Of a DNA stretch of 64,000 nucleotides, positions 1 through 8,483 are shown one piece after another; positions within the stretch are counted from its first letter, which is position 1, and each line of letters opens with the position of its first letter. Location: positions 448,001 through 512,000 of the forward strand of contig CAVSOU010000008.1 of NCBI GenBank assembly GCA_963729625.1. Reading direction: 5' to 3'. The translations under genes were made by a program, and so were the position numbers. The notes below the pieces were generated by a model that worked only from the letters and a program-made list of their open reading frames with translations, ran no database searches and had not been told where the DNA came from. The DNA is from an uncultured bacterium. GTDB taxonomy: Bacteria > Chloroflexota > UBA5177 > JANWHV01.

Positions 1-463
1 GTTCCAGCTCCTCGGCGTACTGCGCGTCGCTATACTCGCGGACCGCGAAGTGGCGTGAGTCGGCGAAGTTGCCTGGATTCACACGCACTTTGTCCGCGTG
101 CTCGGCCGCGGCCAGGGCGACAGCCGGCGCAAAGTGGATGTCGGCCACCAGCGGGGTGGTGATGCCGCGCGCGCGCAGCCGAGCCCGTACCTCGCCGATA
201 GCCCGGGCATCGGCTACCGTGGGGGCGGTAATCCGCACGATTTCACAGCCCGCTTCCACGAGACGCAGTGCCTGGGCGGTAGTAGCCTCCACGTCCTGCG
301 TGCGCGTGGTCGTCATGGACTGCACGCGGACGGGATTGCTGCCGCCCACGCCCACGTTGCCGACCATCACCTCGCGGGTAAGACGGCGGAATGGGCGGAA
401 AGGATCGCGCAGGTAGGCGAGCTTTGGGGCAAGGAGGGTGGTTCCGGTGGAAGGGGAAGACAT
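1..463 (-). CDS. ispG: (E)-4-hydroxy-3-methylbut-2-enyl-diphosphate synthase GcpE, N-terminal part (runs off the window edge)
   Basis: Manual translation from ATG 463 (SD GAAAGGAG): MSSPSTGT...RRLTREVMVGNVGVGGSNPVRVQSMTTTRTQDV...GCEIVRIT...PLVADIHF...KVRVNPGNFAD. These are GcpE motifs. Not in the ORF track because it is truncated. Confidence 0.93.
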   Translation of the reverse strand, partial: MSSPSTGTTLLAPKLAYLRDPFRPFRRLTREVMVGNVGVGGSNPVRVQSMTTTRTQDVEATTAQALRLVEAGCEIVRITAPTVADARAIGEVRARLRARGITTPLVADIHFAPAVALAAAEHADKVRVNPGNFADSRHFAVREYSDAQYAEELE

Positions 464-507
464 GGCACGGCGCTCCTTTCTTGAGTGTAGCACGTGCATC
501 GCGACGC

Positions 508-1494
508 TCAGACCGGCGCACCGAGCAACGCGGCCCCCACGATACCGGCGTTATCGCCCAGCTTGGCACGCACGATCTTGACCTTGTCCCGGGTGACCAC
601 CATCGAGTCGTCGCGTGCTTTCTGGGCAGCCACCTTGAAATAGAGGTCGACGGCGCTGACCAACCCGCCGCCAAGGATAATACGCTGCGGATTGTAGAAG
701 TTGACGATCGCGGTAAGACCGGCGGCGAGGTAGCGCGCGCCATCGGTAATCGCTTCGACCGCCAACTCGTCACCATCCGCGATAGCCTGCGCAATCGTCT
801 GCGACCGGATCAATGCGCTCAACGGGATATCCGGTGGGAGAGGATCGGGCACGCTTGCGCGCAACGAGGTCGGGCGGCCGCGCAGAATCTCCTCCACGAT
901 CACGCGCGTGATGGCCGCGCGCGAGGCGTAGGCCTCCAGATGGCCACGGCCGCCACAGCTGCACAGGCGTCCGCCATAGGCGACGACCGCGTGGCCTATC
1001 TCGCCGGCCGACGAGGAGGCGCCGGTGAGATAGCGGCCTTCATGGATGATGCCGCCGCCGATACCGGTACCGACGAACACACAGACGAACGTGTTGACCC
1101 CCTTGCCGGCGCCGAAGCGTTGCTCGCCCAGGGTCGCGACCTCCAGATCGTTGCCGAGGGTCATGCGCAGCCTCAGCTCCTTGCCCACCCGCTCCGCCAG
1201 CGGCACGTTGGCGACGCCGGCCAGGTTCGGGCTGCCGATCAGCATGCCGCGATCGCGATCGATCACACCGGTGATACCGAGGCCGCCTGCCTCCACGCTG
1301 AGAGCCTTCTTGCCGCTCTGCGCCTGGGCAAGGGCTTCTTGCCCGGCATCGACGATGCGCTTGATCAGGTCCTCGGTGCCCGCGCCCGCCCTCGTTCTCT
1401 TCTTCGTCGTGGCGACCGGAACGCCCGTGCTGAGGTCGACTACCCCCGCCAGGATCTTCGTGCCGCCGACGTCAATGCCCAGTGCATACGGCAA
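508..1494 (-). CDS. ROK family sugar kinase (glucokinase-like)
   Basis: GIDVGGTK, ND, GTGIGGG, AGEIGH and CSCGGRGHLEAYAS ROK motifs. Confidence 0.93.
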   Translation of the reverse strand: MPYALGIDVGGTKILAGVVDLSTGVPVATTKKRTRAGAGTEDLIKRIVDAGQEALAQAQSGKKALSVEAGGLGITGVIDRDRGMLIGSPNLAGVANVPLAERVGKELRLRMTLGNDLEVATLGEQRFGAGKGVNTFVCVFVGTGIGGGIIHEGRYLTGASSSAGEIGHAVVAYGGRLCSCGGRGHLEAYASRAAITRVIVEEILRGRPTSLRASVPDPLPPDIPLSALIRSQTIAQAIADGDELAVEAITDGARYLAAGLTAIVNFYNPQRIILGGGLVSAVDLYFKVAAQKARDDSMVVTRDKVKIVRAKLGDNAGIVGAALLGAPV

Positions 1495-1633
1495 GTTGCT
1501 CTTCCTTCCCGACCAATCTCACGACCCGGCGGAGAGTACGTCCGCGTGGCCTCACACACCATGATCGCACACTGGAGGCTGCGCGGATACCTCCGCCCGC
1601 AGCCGGAGGTCAATCGTGGTAGGAAATAGGGGG

Positions 1634-1707
1634 TAGCGCATAGGGGATTCGAACCCCTGATCTCTGCCTTGAGAGGGCAGCGTCCTAGGCCGCTAGACGA
1701 ATGCGCC
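1634..1707 (-). tRNA. tRNA-Glu (anticodon CTC); CCA not encoded
   Basis: Reverse complement GGCGCATTCGTCTAGCGGCCTAGGACGCTGCCCTCTCAAGGCAGAGATCAGGGGTTCGAATCCCCTATGCGCTA folds as a cloverleaf with a GGTTCGAATCC T arm. Confidence 0.96.
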
Positions 1708-1758
1708 ATGAGGAGCGGCGATACCTCGGTAGTATAGCAGAATGCCTCCGCTCGCAGG

Positions 1759-1808
1759 CAAAAGGCCGGGGCCTCGACCGGGAGCAATCCCGGTCGAGGC
1801 CCCTTTTT
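1759..1808. terminator. Strong, probably bidirectional intrinsic terminator downstream of the S-layer-like gene
   Basis: 16-bp stem GGGGCCTCGACCGGGA-GCAA-TCCCGGTCGAGGCCCC, followed by TTTTT, with AAAA shortly before. Confidence 0.8.
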
Positions 1809-1854
1809 GGAGAGAGGCGGCGAACCGCCCCTCCCCTAGGCCACTCCTATACGA

Positions 1855-3648
1855 TTACAGGCCGAGTGCGGCCGCAAGCGGATAGGTGCCCTGATCGCCA
1901 GTGACGACCGCGTAGCCGTTCTGGCTGGACATGGACAGAGCGACGAAGGCTTCGCTCGACCCGCTGGCGCTCGGGACAACCTGGAACACGCCACCAAGAG
2001 CGCCCTTCAACGTAGCAGCGTCAGTATTCACGTTGATCGTGGTGATACTGTTCGCTGCGACGCTGTAGGTCTTGACGACGGTCTGGCTGGCCGAAGCGTA
2101 GATACCGCGAACCGTGATCGTGGTGGTGCCAGGATTGTACAGATACACGGTCTGGGTCACGGCAGCGGTTCCGTTGGTGAGATCCAGATACGGGAAGGCA
2201 ACTTCGGTGAGGCCGGCCGGAGCACCGGTCGGATTCTCAGCGGCGAAGGTGCCACCGTTGGCCGGATTGCCACCATAGTAGGTCGGGCGCTCGACGAAGA
2301 TCGGCCGATCGGAGGTCACGACGGTGGAGAACACACCAGATTGCGTCTGCACGACGTCGTTGATCGCCACGGTCTCGCGAGTGCTGGGATCAACCTGCAC
2401 CTGCTGCGAGTTGATCGGATTGCCGCTGGCGTCGAGGAAGAAGACGGTAACCGTCGCGCTTCCAGACGTCGAGGCGGGAGCCGGGTTGATCACGTCAACC
2501 TCGGAGACATCCGCGCCGGTGCCGGCAGTGCCGCCACTGCTCGGCCAGGTGCCCGTGTCGGCGGCGAAGATGTACTGCAGTCCGGTCGAGGACGCGGCAG
2601 GCTTGGTGGTAGCGCCGTACTTGGCGGAACCAATGCCATCACCGTAGTACTCGACACGCTCGCCGGCGACCGGCACATTGCTGGCCCAGGCGATACCGAA
2701 CTGCGTGAAGCCCTTACCTTGCAACAGACTGCGAACCGGCACGGTCAAGCGAGAATTGGCCGGGACGCTGAGGGTGATCGGAGCAATCGTCGGCGCGGTG
2801 GTCGAGCTGACCACGGTTTGCGGCAAGACGGTCGCCGTGATCGCAGCGGCAGTGCTGTTGGGGTTGAGGAACGTCAGATACTCTTCGTTGGTCGGCATGA
2901 CGTCGCCCGACGCGTAGTAGTAGCTGAACGGACCAACGGCGCTGAGGTTGAGAAGCTGGCCGAGGCTGCTGGAGCTATCCAGGGCAGCGCCGGCGGCAGT
3001 GGTGCGGGCAATGATGCGGGTGGCGGCGATGGGAGCAGGAGCGCTCACTTCGGCGGCCACGGCAGCGTTATTGCCTACATCCGTGTTGACGTTCCGCTCT
3101 ACCACCGAGTCAGGACCGATGGCGCCAGCGACGTTCGAAACCGTGCTGGACGCACCGGCATGCTCGACGAAGTAGGTGACGGTGTACGTGGTGGTGTAGT
3201 TGTTGGCGTTGAGGATCGAGATCGTCTCCGCGAAGTTCGCGGCAGCGCCACCGGCGGTCTGGCCGGTGAAGCCTTCGGCGAAGTAGACGTTCGAGACGCC
3301 AACGGAAACCGCACTAGCCGCGACGGTGAACGGCACGCTGCCGATCAGGTTCGTCGCGGTGCCCTTGCCAACCAGGTTGTACTGGCCGCCAGGAGAAAGC
3401 GCGCCCACCGCGGACTTGATGGTGAAGGTGCCGGAGATGGCGCCCGTCGCATCGGCGGTGAGTGTCTGCAGCGTCCCGGGCACATCCGTGCCGGCGAGGC
3501 CGCTGCCGGTGTACTGCAAGGTCACGTTGACGACCTCGCCCGGGCCGAAGCCGGCGCCATTGACCAACGTGGTGCCGGACAGCGCCGCAGTGGCCGGTGT
3601 GGCACTGAATGTGACAGGCTTGGCTGCCACGACGACGACATTCGCCAC
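1855..3648 (-). CDS. C-terminal part of a large secreted S-layer-like protein (YFAEG-type / DUF5719-like beta domains)
   Basis: YFAEGFT...ETISILN, EEYLTFLNPN, VAGERVEYY and FVERPTYY repeats; rich in A/T/G/V/S; the frame is open upstream to ~3690 and joins the upstream ORF through a frameshift. Confidence 0.65.
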   Translation of the reverse strand: MANVVVVAAKPVTFSATPATAALSGTTLVNGAGFGPGEVVNVTLQYTGSGLAGTDVPGTLQTLTADATGAISGTFTIKSAVGALSPGGQYNLVGKGTATNLIGSVPFTVAASAVSVGVSNVYFAEGFTGQTAGGAAANFAETISILNANNYTTTYTVTYFVEHAGASSTVSNVAGAIGPDSVVERNVNTDVGNNAAVAAEVSAPAPIAATRIIARTTAAGAALDSSSSLGQLLNLSAVGPFSYYYASGDVMPTNEEYLTFLNPNSTAAAITATVLPQTVVSSTTAPTIAPITLSVPANSRLTVPVRSLLQGKGFTQFGIAWASNVPVAGERVEYYGDGIGSAKYGATTKPAASSTGLQYIFAADTGTWPSSGGTAGTGADVSEVDVINPAPASTSGSATVTVFFLDASGNPINSQQVQVDPSTRETVAINDVVQTQSGVFSTVVTSDRPIFVERPTYYGGNPANGGTFAAENPTGAPAGLTEVAFPYLDLTNGTAAVTQTVYLYNPGTTTITVRGIYASASQTVVKTYSVAANSITTINVNTDAATLKGALGGVFQVVPSASGSSEAFVALSMSSQNGYAVVTGDQGTYPLAAALGL

Positions 3649-3670
3649 ACGCTGCTGCTGGGCGGTGCCG

Positions 3671-6151
3671 TTACCGAGCGATGTACGAGGTCACGGCAAC
3701 AGTGTAGGTGCCGGGGGTGGTGCCGGCCGGAACCGTGAAGGTGCCGGTCAGGTTACCCGAGGCGTCGACAGCCACTGGAATCGGGCCTATCGGGGTCGGC
3801 GCGAAGCCGACGGACAGGCTGTTGGTGGCAATCGTGCCGACCGGAGGCTGGGCGAACAGTACGCCGGTCAGGGTGACGATCTGGCCAGGGATGACCGGAT
3901 TGCCGCCGTTCACAGCGCCGTTCACCAGGTTCAGGACACCATTGGTATTGGTGGTGGCGAGAACCGGCGCGGCCGTCCACTTGCTGGTCGATCCGGCGGC
4001 CAGCACATAGTAGTAACCCGTGCTCAGACCGGCGGCATTCGGCGCAAGCGCGGCAGGTCCGGAGACCTGGCCCAGGCTATCCGCGTAGAGCGTGCCGGCA
4101 GGCTGCGCGTTGACGGAGCTGAAGTTCTGCGTTGGAATGTAGGTGAAGTTCACCGCTTCGCCGGCCCAGAAGCCCGTGCCCGTGAGGGCCAGGCTGGCGC
4201 CGCCGTTGCTCACGACGGCGGTGATCGCCGGCGTGGAGATGGTGAACGTACCCGTCGCGGTGCCGCTGCCGGTAGAGCTGACGGCTCCCGTCACCACGAC
4301 GGTCAGCACGTCGCCCTGGGCCGGTGTGCAGCCTAAAGCGCCCGCGTTGACCGTGGGTACCACGAAGCTACCCTGGGCCACGCCGGTCGTGGAGACAAGC
4401 ACCGGCGTCCCGTTCCCTACCGCGAAGGGCTGTGCCGAAGTTGAGCAGTCGGTACCGCCGGCATTGTAGATGCCGACCGTCACGTACTCAGGCGCGATGG
4501 CCGTGCTTGCCAGGAAGCCGGTCGCCGTGTAGCTCACGGTCTGGCCGGGTACGGCCTGGTTCAGAATGGCGCTGCCGCCTGCCAGGGAGGTCGAGAGGAC
4601 CACGCCGGTGGCGGTAGCGGTTGGGCTCAGCGTCACGCTGGCGAAGGCGCCCGAATTCTCGCGGTCGCCGGCAGCCGGCGTAATCTGCATCCAGTCCTCG
4701 GCGAGGATGTGCACCGGGCCGAACGTGACCGAGTTGGTGCCGTTCGGCATGGTGAGGGAAACGCTGCTCACGCTGCCGTTCTGATCGGTCTTGACGGTGC
4801 CGAGCGAGAGATTACACGGCGGCACTGTTACCTGCGTATAGCCGTTGTTTTGTGCCTGACCGGTGTACTCACTTACGACTTGCCCACCGGGCTCGGCAGG
4901 TATTAAGAATGTATTTGCCCCAGTGGCATTGGTTGTACCGGGAACCGCCTGGCAGGCGCCGGTGCCGATCTCGTCGACGACCCAGAAGTCGACGAAGGTG
5001 TTGGCGGCAAAGCCGGAGCCGTTCACCACGACCGTGCCACCGGCGTTGGTGACGCCGCTGACCACGCTGATGTTGCTCAGCGAATGGTCGATCTTGATGC
5101 CGGCCCAGGCGACGATCAGGCCGGTCGATGCCGCCGTGAGTACAGGCGGCTGGACGCCGACCGTAGGACCCGCATCTACGGCCACCAACGTGTAGATCTG
5201 GTCGAAGAAGAGGTCCGAGGTCAGCGGCGTAACGACGCCGCCGACAACCTGGGACATCTGCAAGCGGGCGTCGAGGAATCCGCCCGCAGGGGGCTCATCA
5301 CAGCCTACTGCCGCAGGAATAGGAAGTGCAGGAGTTGGAGCAATCCCACCTAGATCCTGTTGGCAGTTGCTGCCGTTGCCCGCAGCGGGGGGGACGGCCA
5401 TGAGCGGGATGAAGTTCTTGCCGCCCGCGAGGCCGTTGATCTGATTTGCGCCGGCGATCGGGGTTGGGACAGTCAATTCCTGCGCGAAGTTCATCAGGCC
5501 GAAGACGATCTCATGGCCGTATTGAGCCGCGGCAGGCTGGAACGAGACATTGAACTGACCACCCAGAGCGACGGAACCGGTGCCGTAGACGCTCAGCGTG
5601 GGCGAGGCAACGACAGTAAACGACTGGCTTGCCGCGACTCCACTGTACGAGTCATACGCCTGCACCAGGTAGGTGCCGGGGGCGATGGCGCTGGGCAAGG
5701 CGAACGTAACGGCCGGCGAGAGCTGGCCGCCGGTGGAGATCCCGGTCGGTAGGATAGTCTGTACCCACGCGTTGGTCACAGTGGGCGCAGTCGCAGTAGT
5801 GATCGGGCCCTCAGTATTGTCGCCATAGATGAAGGCCCCTCCAGTAGTGGGGTATACCGCCACGTGCTGGCTGGTACCCGCGACATTCGCGGGATTGGGC
5901 GCGTTCAGGGTGACGACGACGGTGTTGGCAGCTTGGGGCGGGAAGAGGTATGTGAAGCCGGCGCCGTTGACGGTGATCGTCGCGCCCTGCGGCACGGCCG
6001 CCAGCGTACCCGACGAGGTACTCAGGCTGATGTACGGCGCCGCCGTGGCCTTGGCCGCGGGTGTGGTCCCCATCAACCCTGTGAGCTGTGCGGCAAACAG
6101 GGTGGGCACGAGGGCCAGCGCCAGAAGACTCTTGTGTGGGGTCTTCGACAT
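3671..6151 (-). CDS. N-terminal part of a large secreted S-layer-like protein with Ig-like repeats
   Basis: ATG 6151 with SD GGAG; signal peptide MSKTPHKSLLALALVPTLFAAQ; repeated 'V/LxGxGF' and 'F/LTVPxxxxPGxYxV' Ig-like motifs. Confidence 0.65.
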   Translation of the reverse strand: MSKTPHKSLLALALVPTLFAAQLTGLMGTTPAAKATAAPYISLSTSSGTLAAVPQGATITVNGAGFTYLFPPQAANTVVVTLNAPNPANVAGTSQHVAVYPTTGGAFIYGDNTEGPITTATAPTVTNAWVQTILPTGISTGGQLSPAVTFALPSAIAPGTYLVQAYDSYSGVAASQSFTVVASPTLSVYGTGSVALGGQFNVSFQPAAAQYGHEIVFGLMNFAQELTVPTPIAGANQINGLAGGKNFIPLMAVPPAAGNGSNCQQDLGGIAPTPALPIPAAVGCDEPPAGGFLDARLQMSQVVGGVVTPLTSDLFFDQIYTLVAVDAGPTVGVQPPVLTAASTGLIVAWAGIKIDHSLSNISVVSGVTNAGGTVVVNGSGFAANTFVDFWVVDEIGTGACQAVPGTTNATGANTFLIPAEPGGQVVSEYTGQAQNNGYTQVTVPPCNLSLGTVKTDQNGSVSSVSLTMPNGTNSVTFGPVHILAEDWMQITPAAGDRENSGAFASVTLSPTATATGVVLSTSLAGGSAILNQAVPGQTVSYTATGFLASTAIAPEYVTVGIYNAGGTDCSTSAQPFAVGNGTPVLVSTTGVAQGSFVVPTVNAGALGCTPAQGDVLTVVVTGAVSSTGSGTATGTFTISTPAITAVVSNGGASLALTGTGFWAGEAVNFTYIPTQNFSSVNAQPAGTLYADSLGQVSGPAALAPNAAGLSTGYYYVLAAGSTSKWTAAPVLATTNTNGVLNLVNGAVNGGNPVIPGQIVTLTGVLFAQPPVGTIATNSLSVGFAPTPIGPIPVAVDASGNLTGTFTVPAGTTPGTYTVAVTSYIAR

Positions 6152-6454
6152 GCTTATCTCCAGTAAGAATAGGGTGGTCTTTGGCCGGCCACTCATTGTC
6201 TTGCGACCTGCGCGATGCTGCCATCGGATGAGTGCCCGGGTTCTGGCGCATCCGCCGAGGCTGATGCCGGCTGCCGTACCGCCTGGTTGGAAGGACACTG
6301 GACTACAGGCTCCGCACGGCCCCCCGCACTCCTCGGCGCACCAGGGGGATCATGGACGAACGTAGCTCACTCGGTGTGTAACCCCGGGAAACGAACCGCT
6401 CAGAGCATTGACTCGTACCGAGCCTGCGCGGCCCTTTGATCCGAAGCTACCTTC

Positions 6455-6467
6455 ATCACCCCCTTTC
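6455..6467 (-). promoter_or_regulatory. Orphan extended Shine-Dalgarno (STAB-SD-like) in the leader of the S-layer-like gene
   Basis: GAAAGGGGGTGAT can pair over 13 nt (one G:U) with the canonical 16S anti-SD; it lies ~300 nt upstream of the start codon. Confidence 0.35.
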
Positions 6468-6805
6468 CCACGTAAGGTATTCTCTCACGATTGTGGGCGC
6501 GCCGTGCGCCCGGACTGCCGAATCCCTTCCCTTGCCCTTCCCGGTCCCAGAGAGTGCCTCCCGGACCGAAACACGGCTCTATCGAAAGCCCATCGACAGT
6601 CTAACACCTCGCATGGCACTGTGGTCGTCGATTGTGGCGACCACCCCTTCCAATTGTGTAATGCGCTGAGCACAAAAAGGATACGCATCGGGGTGGATTT
6701 CCTCAGGCCGGCTACAGTGATCCTTATATACAGTGCACCGCCGGCGAACGGGACGATATGTTGTGTGTGGATACCCGACACACAGATGGCGATCGTGATG
6801 CCGTA

Positions 6806-7234
6806 GTCTCATGGTCGTGCGCGAGCTTGAGCCCGCTGTCGCCGTGGAGGCAGGGTGCATCCGCGAGCCATGCCTCGCGATCGTGAAACCCCGGCGTTCA
6901 CGCCGGGGAGCCTCAGTGGTCACCTAACGGCGGCCTTCAGGCCGCCCTCGGCGGAGGCGAGCACATCGCCGCGTGCCGGATGGCGCCGACGCGCTGCGGA
7001 GCTGGGCTGAGACCACGGGCGAATGGTCGAGGACGGCGGGCTGAACCCCGCTGCTTGGCCATGGCGTGAGGCTCCACGGCCTTCAGGCGGTGGTCTCATG
7101 GTCGTGTGCGGGCTTGAGCCCGCTGTCCCCGTGGAGGCGGGGTGCATCCGCGACCCATGCCTCGTGATCGTGAAACCCCGGCGTTCACGCCGGGGAGCCT
7201 CACTGATCGCCTAACGGCGACCTTCAGGCCGCCC
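6806..7234. repeat. Two ~142-bp direct repeats (6806-6947, 7093-7234) carrying REP-like palindromes; BIME/REPIN-like array
   Basis: Near-identical copies 287 bp apart; palindromes at 6884-6915 (-), 7067-7098 (+) and 7171-7202 (-), consensus TGAGGCTCCvCGGCsTkmAsGCsGkGGTyTCA. Confidence 0.85.
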
Positions 7235-7941
7235 CCAACCCAAAGACCGGGTGCATCCGCGGCCCACACTGCGCGATTGTCGGGAGCGATCGTGGTAGAC
7301 TACGCACCAGCGTTTCGGGCACCGATCGCTAGTGAGGGGATCTCCGTGTGACCGATCACGCCGAGCCCGACCACCGTCGCTATCTGGAGCGCTGCATGGG
7401 TGCCCATGCGGCGTACGTGTTGCACTATCACCTGGTCTGGGGCGTCAAGGCGCGGCATCGTCTGCTCGAAGGCCCGGTTGCTGCCGCCCTCTGCGAGTCC
7501 ATGGCGGCCACGGCACAGGCCATCGGCGTGACGCTTCTGGCCCTGCATGTGGAACCCGAGCACGTCCATCTCCTCGTGAGCCTGCGGCCGGACATGGCAG
7601 TGGCGACCGTGGTTGGCCGGCTGAAGGGCGCAAGCAGCCGGCATTTGCGGGAGGCATACCCATCCCTTCGAGATGTTGATGCTACGTCCTGTTGGTCTGA
7701 TGGCTACTTCGCGCGCACGGTAGGCGATATCACCACGGCACAGGCCAAGGCTTACCTGGATCGACAGCGTGAGCACCATGTGTCAGACCGGTGAGGTTCA
7801 AGACAGGTTCACATGGCGGATGGCGTACAGGCAGCGGAGTCCGGTGCCACGGAGGTTGCGGGTGTGCGAGCGTGGTGGGCGGGCTGAACCCCGCCGCTAG
7901 CCTACCAGGTGAGGCTCCACGGCCTGAAGGCCGTGGTCTCA
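7171..7941 (+). mobile_element. tnpA flanked by inverted ~63-bp two-hairpin REP-like ends (REPtron-like); no tnpB
   Basis: Left unit 7171-7233 and right unit 7878-7941 are reverse-complement homologues. Confidence 0.6.
7348..7794 (+). CDS. tnpA: IS200/IS605-family Y1 (HUH) transposase TnpA
   Basis: HYHLVW, EHVHLL (HUH), LKGASSR, WSDGYF and catalytic YLDRQ; GTG start with SD GAGGGG. Confidence 0.9.
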   Translation: MTDHAEPDHRRYLERCMGAHAAYVLHYHLVWGVKARHRLLEGPVAAALCESMAATAQAIGVTLLALHVEPEHVHLLVSLRPDMAVATVVGRLKGASSRHLREAYPSLRDVDATSCWSDGYFARTVGDITTAQAKAYLDRQREHHVSDR

Positions 7942-7996
7942 GGATCGCTCCGGCTAGCCATGTGGAGTCTCAGGATGGCCCCGGCTAGCCATGCGG
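7936..7996. repeat. 31-bp tandem duplication beginning inside the right REP end
   Basis: GTCTCAGGATCGCTCCGGCTAGCCATGTGGA / GTCTCAGGATGGCCCCGGCTAGCCATGCGG. Confidence 0.75.
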
Positions 7997-8001
7997 TGAC
8001 T

Positions 8002-8255
8002 CCCAAGCCGCGCACGACCCATCTGCGTCATCTGCGCCCATCTGTGGCATCTGCGTTTCCGCACTGCCGCTGAGCGTCGCGCCGAGAACTCGCCCCCGCC
8101 CATGCCATGCATGACCCATCTGCGTCATCTGCGCCTATCTGTGGCATCTGCGTTTCCGCACTGCCGCTGGGCGTCGCGCCGAGAACCCGCCCCCGCCCAA
8201 GCCGCGCACGACCCATCTGGGCCATCTGTGCCTATCTGTGGCATCTGCGTTTCCG
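8002..8255. repeat. 97-bp tandem repeat (~2.6 copies) with internal ATCTG(C/T)G sub-repeats
   Basis: Units start at 8002, 8099 and 8196; each has four ATCTG cores. Confidence 0.9.
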
Positions 8256-8297
8256 GGACGGCTATCATAGTACGGAAGCTATTCTTCAGGAGAAGCT

Positions 8298-8483
8298 ATG
8301 CGTGGGGACGATGCCAGCCGGAGGGGTGATTTAGCAGACGATCGAGATCCGCGCACGGCAACGATCCTCGCCGCAGCATTTGAGGTGCACAACACGCTGG
8401 GACCGGGTTTCGAGGAGACCCTTCCCCGCCTCGAGTATCGGCGTTTGCTCAACGCGAGCCGAGAACCGATCGCCGAGTCATGA
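8298..8483 (+). pseudogene. Internally deleted GxxExxY (PD-(D/E)XK-like) protein remnant
   Basis: DPRTATILAAAFEVHNTLGPGFEE (GxxExxY N-terminus) joined in frame to PRLEYRRLLN (C-terminus-like); only 61 aa; SD AGGAG. Confidence 0.7.

Noticed and set aside
1634-1707. tRNA-Glu as a genomic island att site
   Set aside because: No integrase and no duplicated tRNA 3' end were seen in the window.
3671-3695. Programmed frameshift or phase variation in the S-layer-like gene
   Set aside because: No slippery heptamer, homopolymer or simple repeat at the junction. A second apparent frameshift near 63860 suggests assembly indels are possible.
391-4336. Long + strand ORFs (391-1629, 2341-3738, 3326-4336) and similar antisense ORFs elsewhere
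   Set aside because: Shadow ORFs of high-GC genes on the opposite strand, with no recognisable motifs.
6152-6800. Known riboswitch (c-di-GMP, c-di-AMP, SAM, T-box)
   Set aside because: No consensus motifs were recognised by eye; an Rfam scan is needed.
6806-7234. TnpB/IscB omega-RNA guide array
   Set aside because: The hairpin resembles IS605 right ends, but the sequence after it is conserved between copies (no variable guide), and there is no tnpB/iscB in the window.
6800-8255. CRISPR array
   Set aside because: The palindromes alternate in orientation, the intervening sequences are themselves repeated rather than unique spacers, and no cas genes are present.
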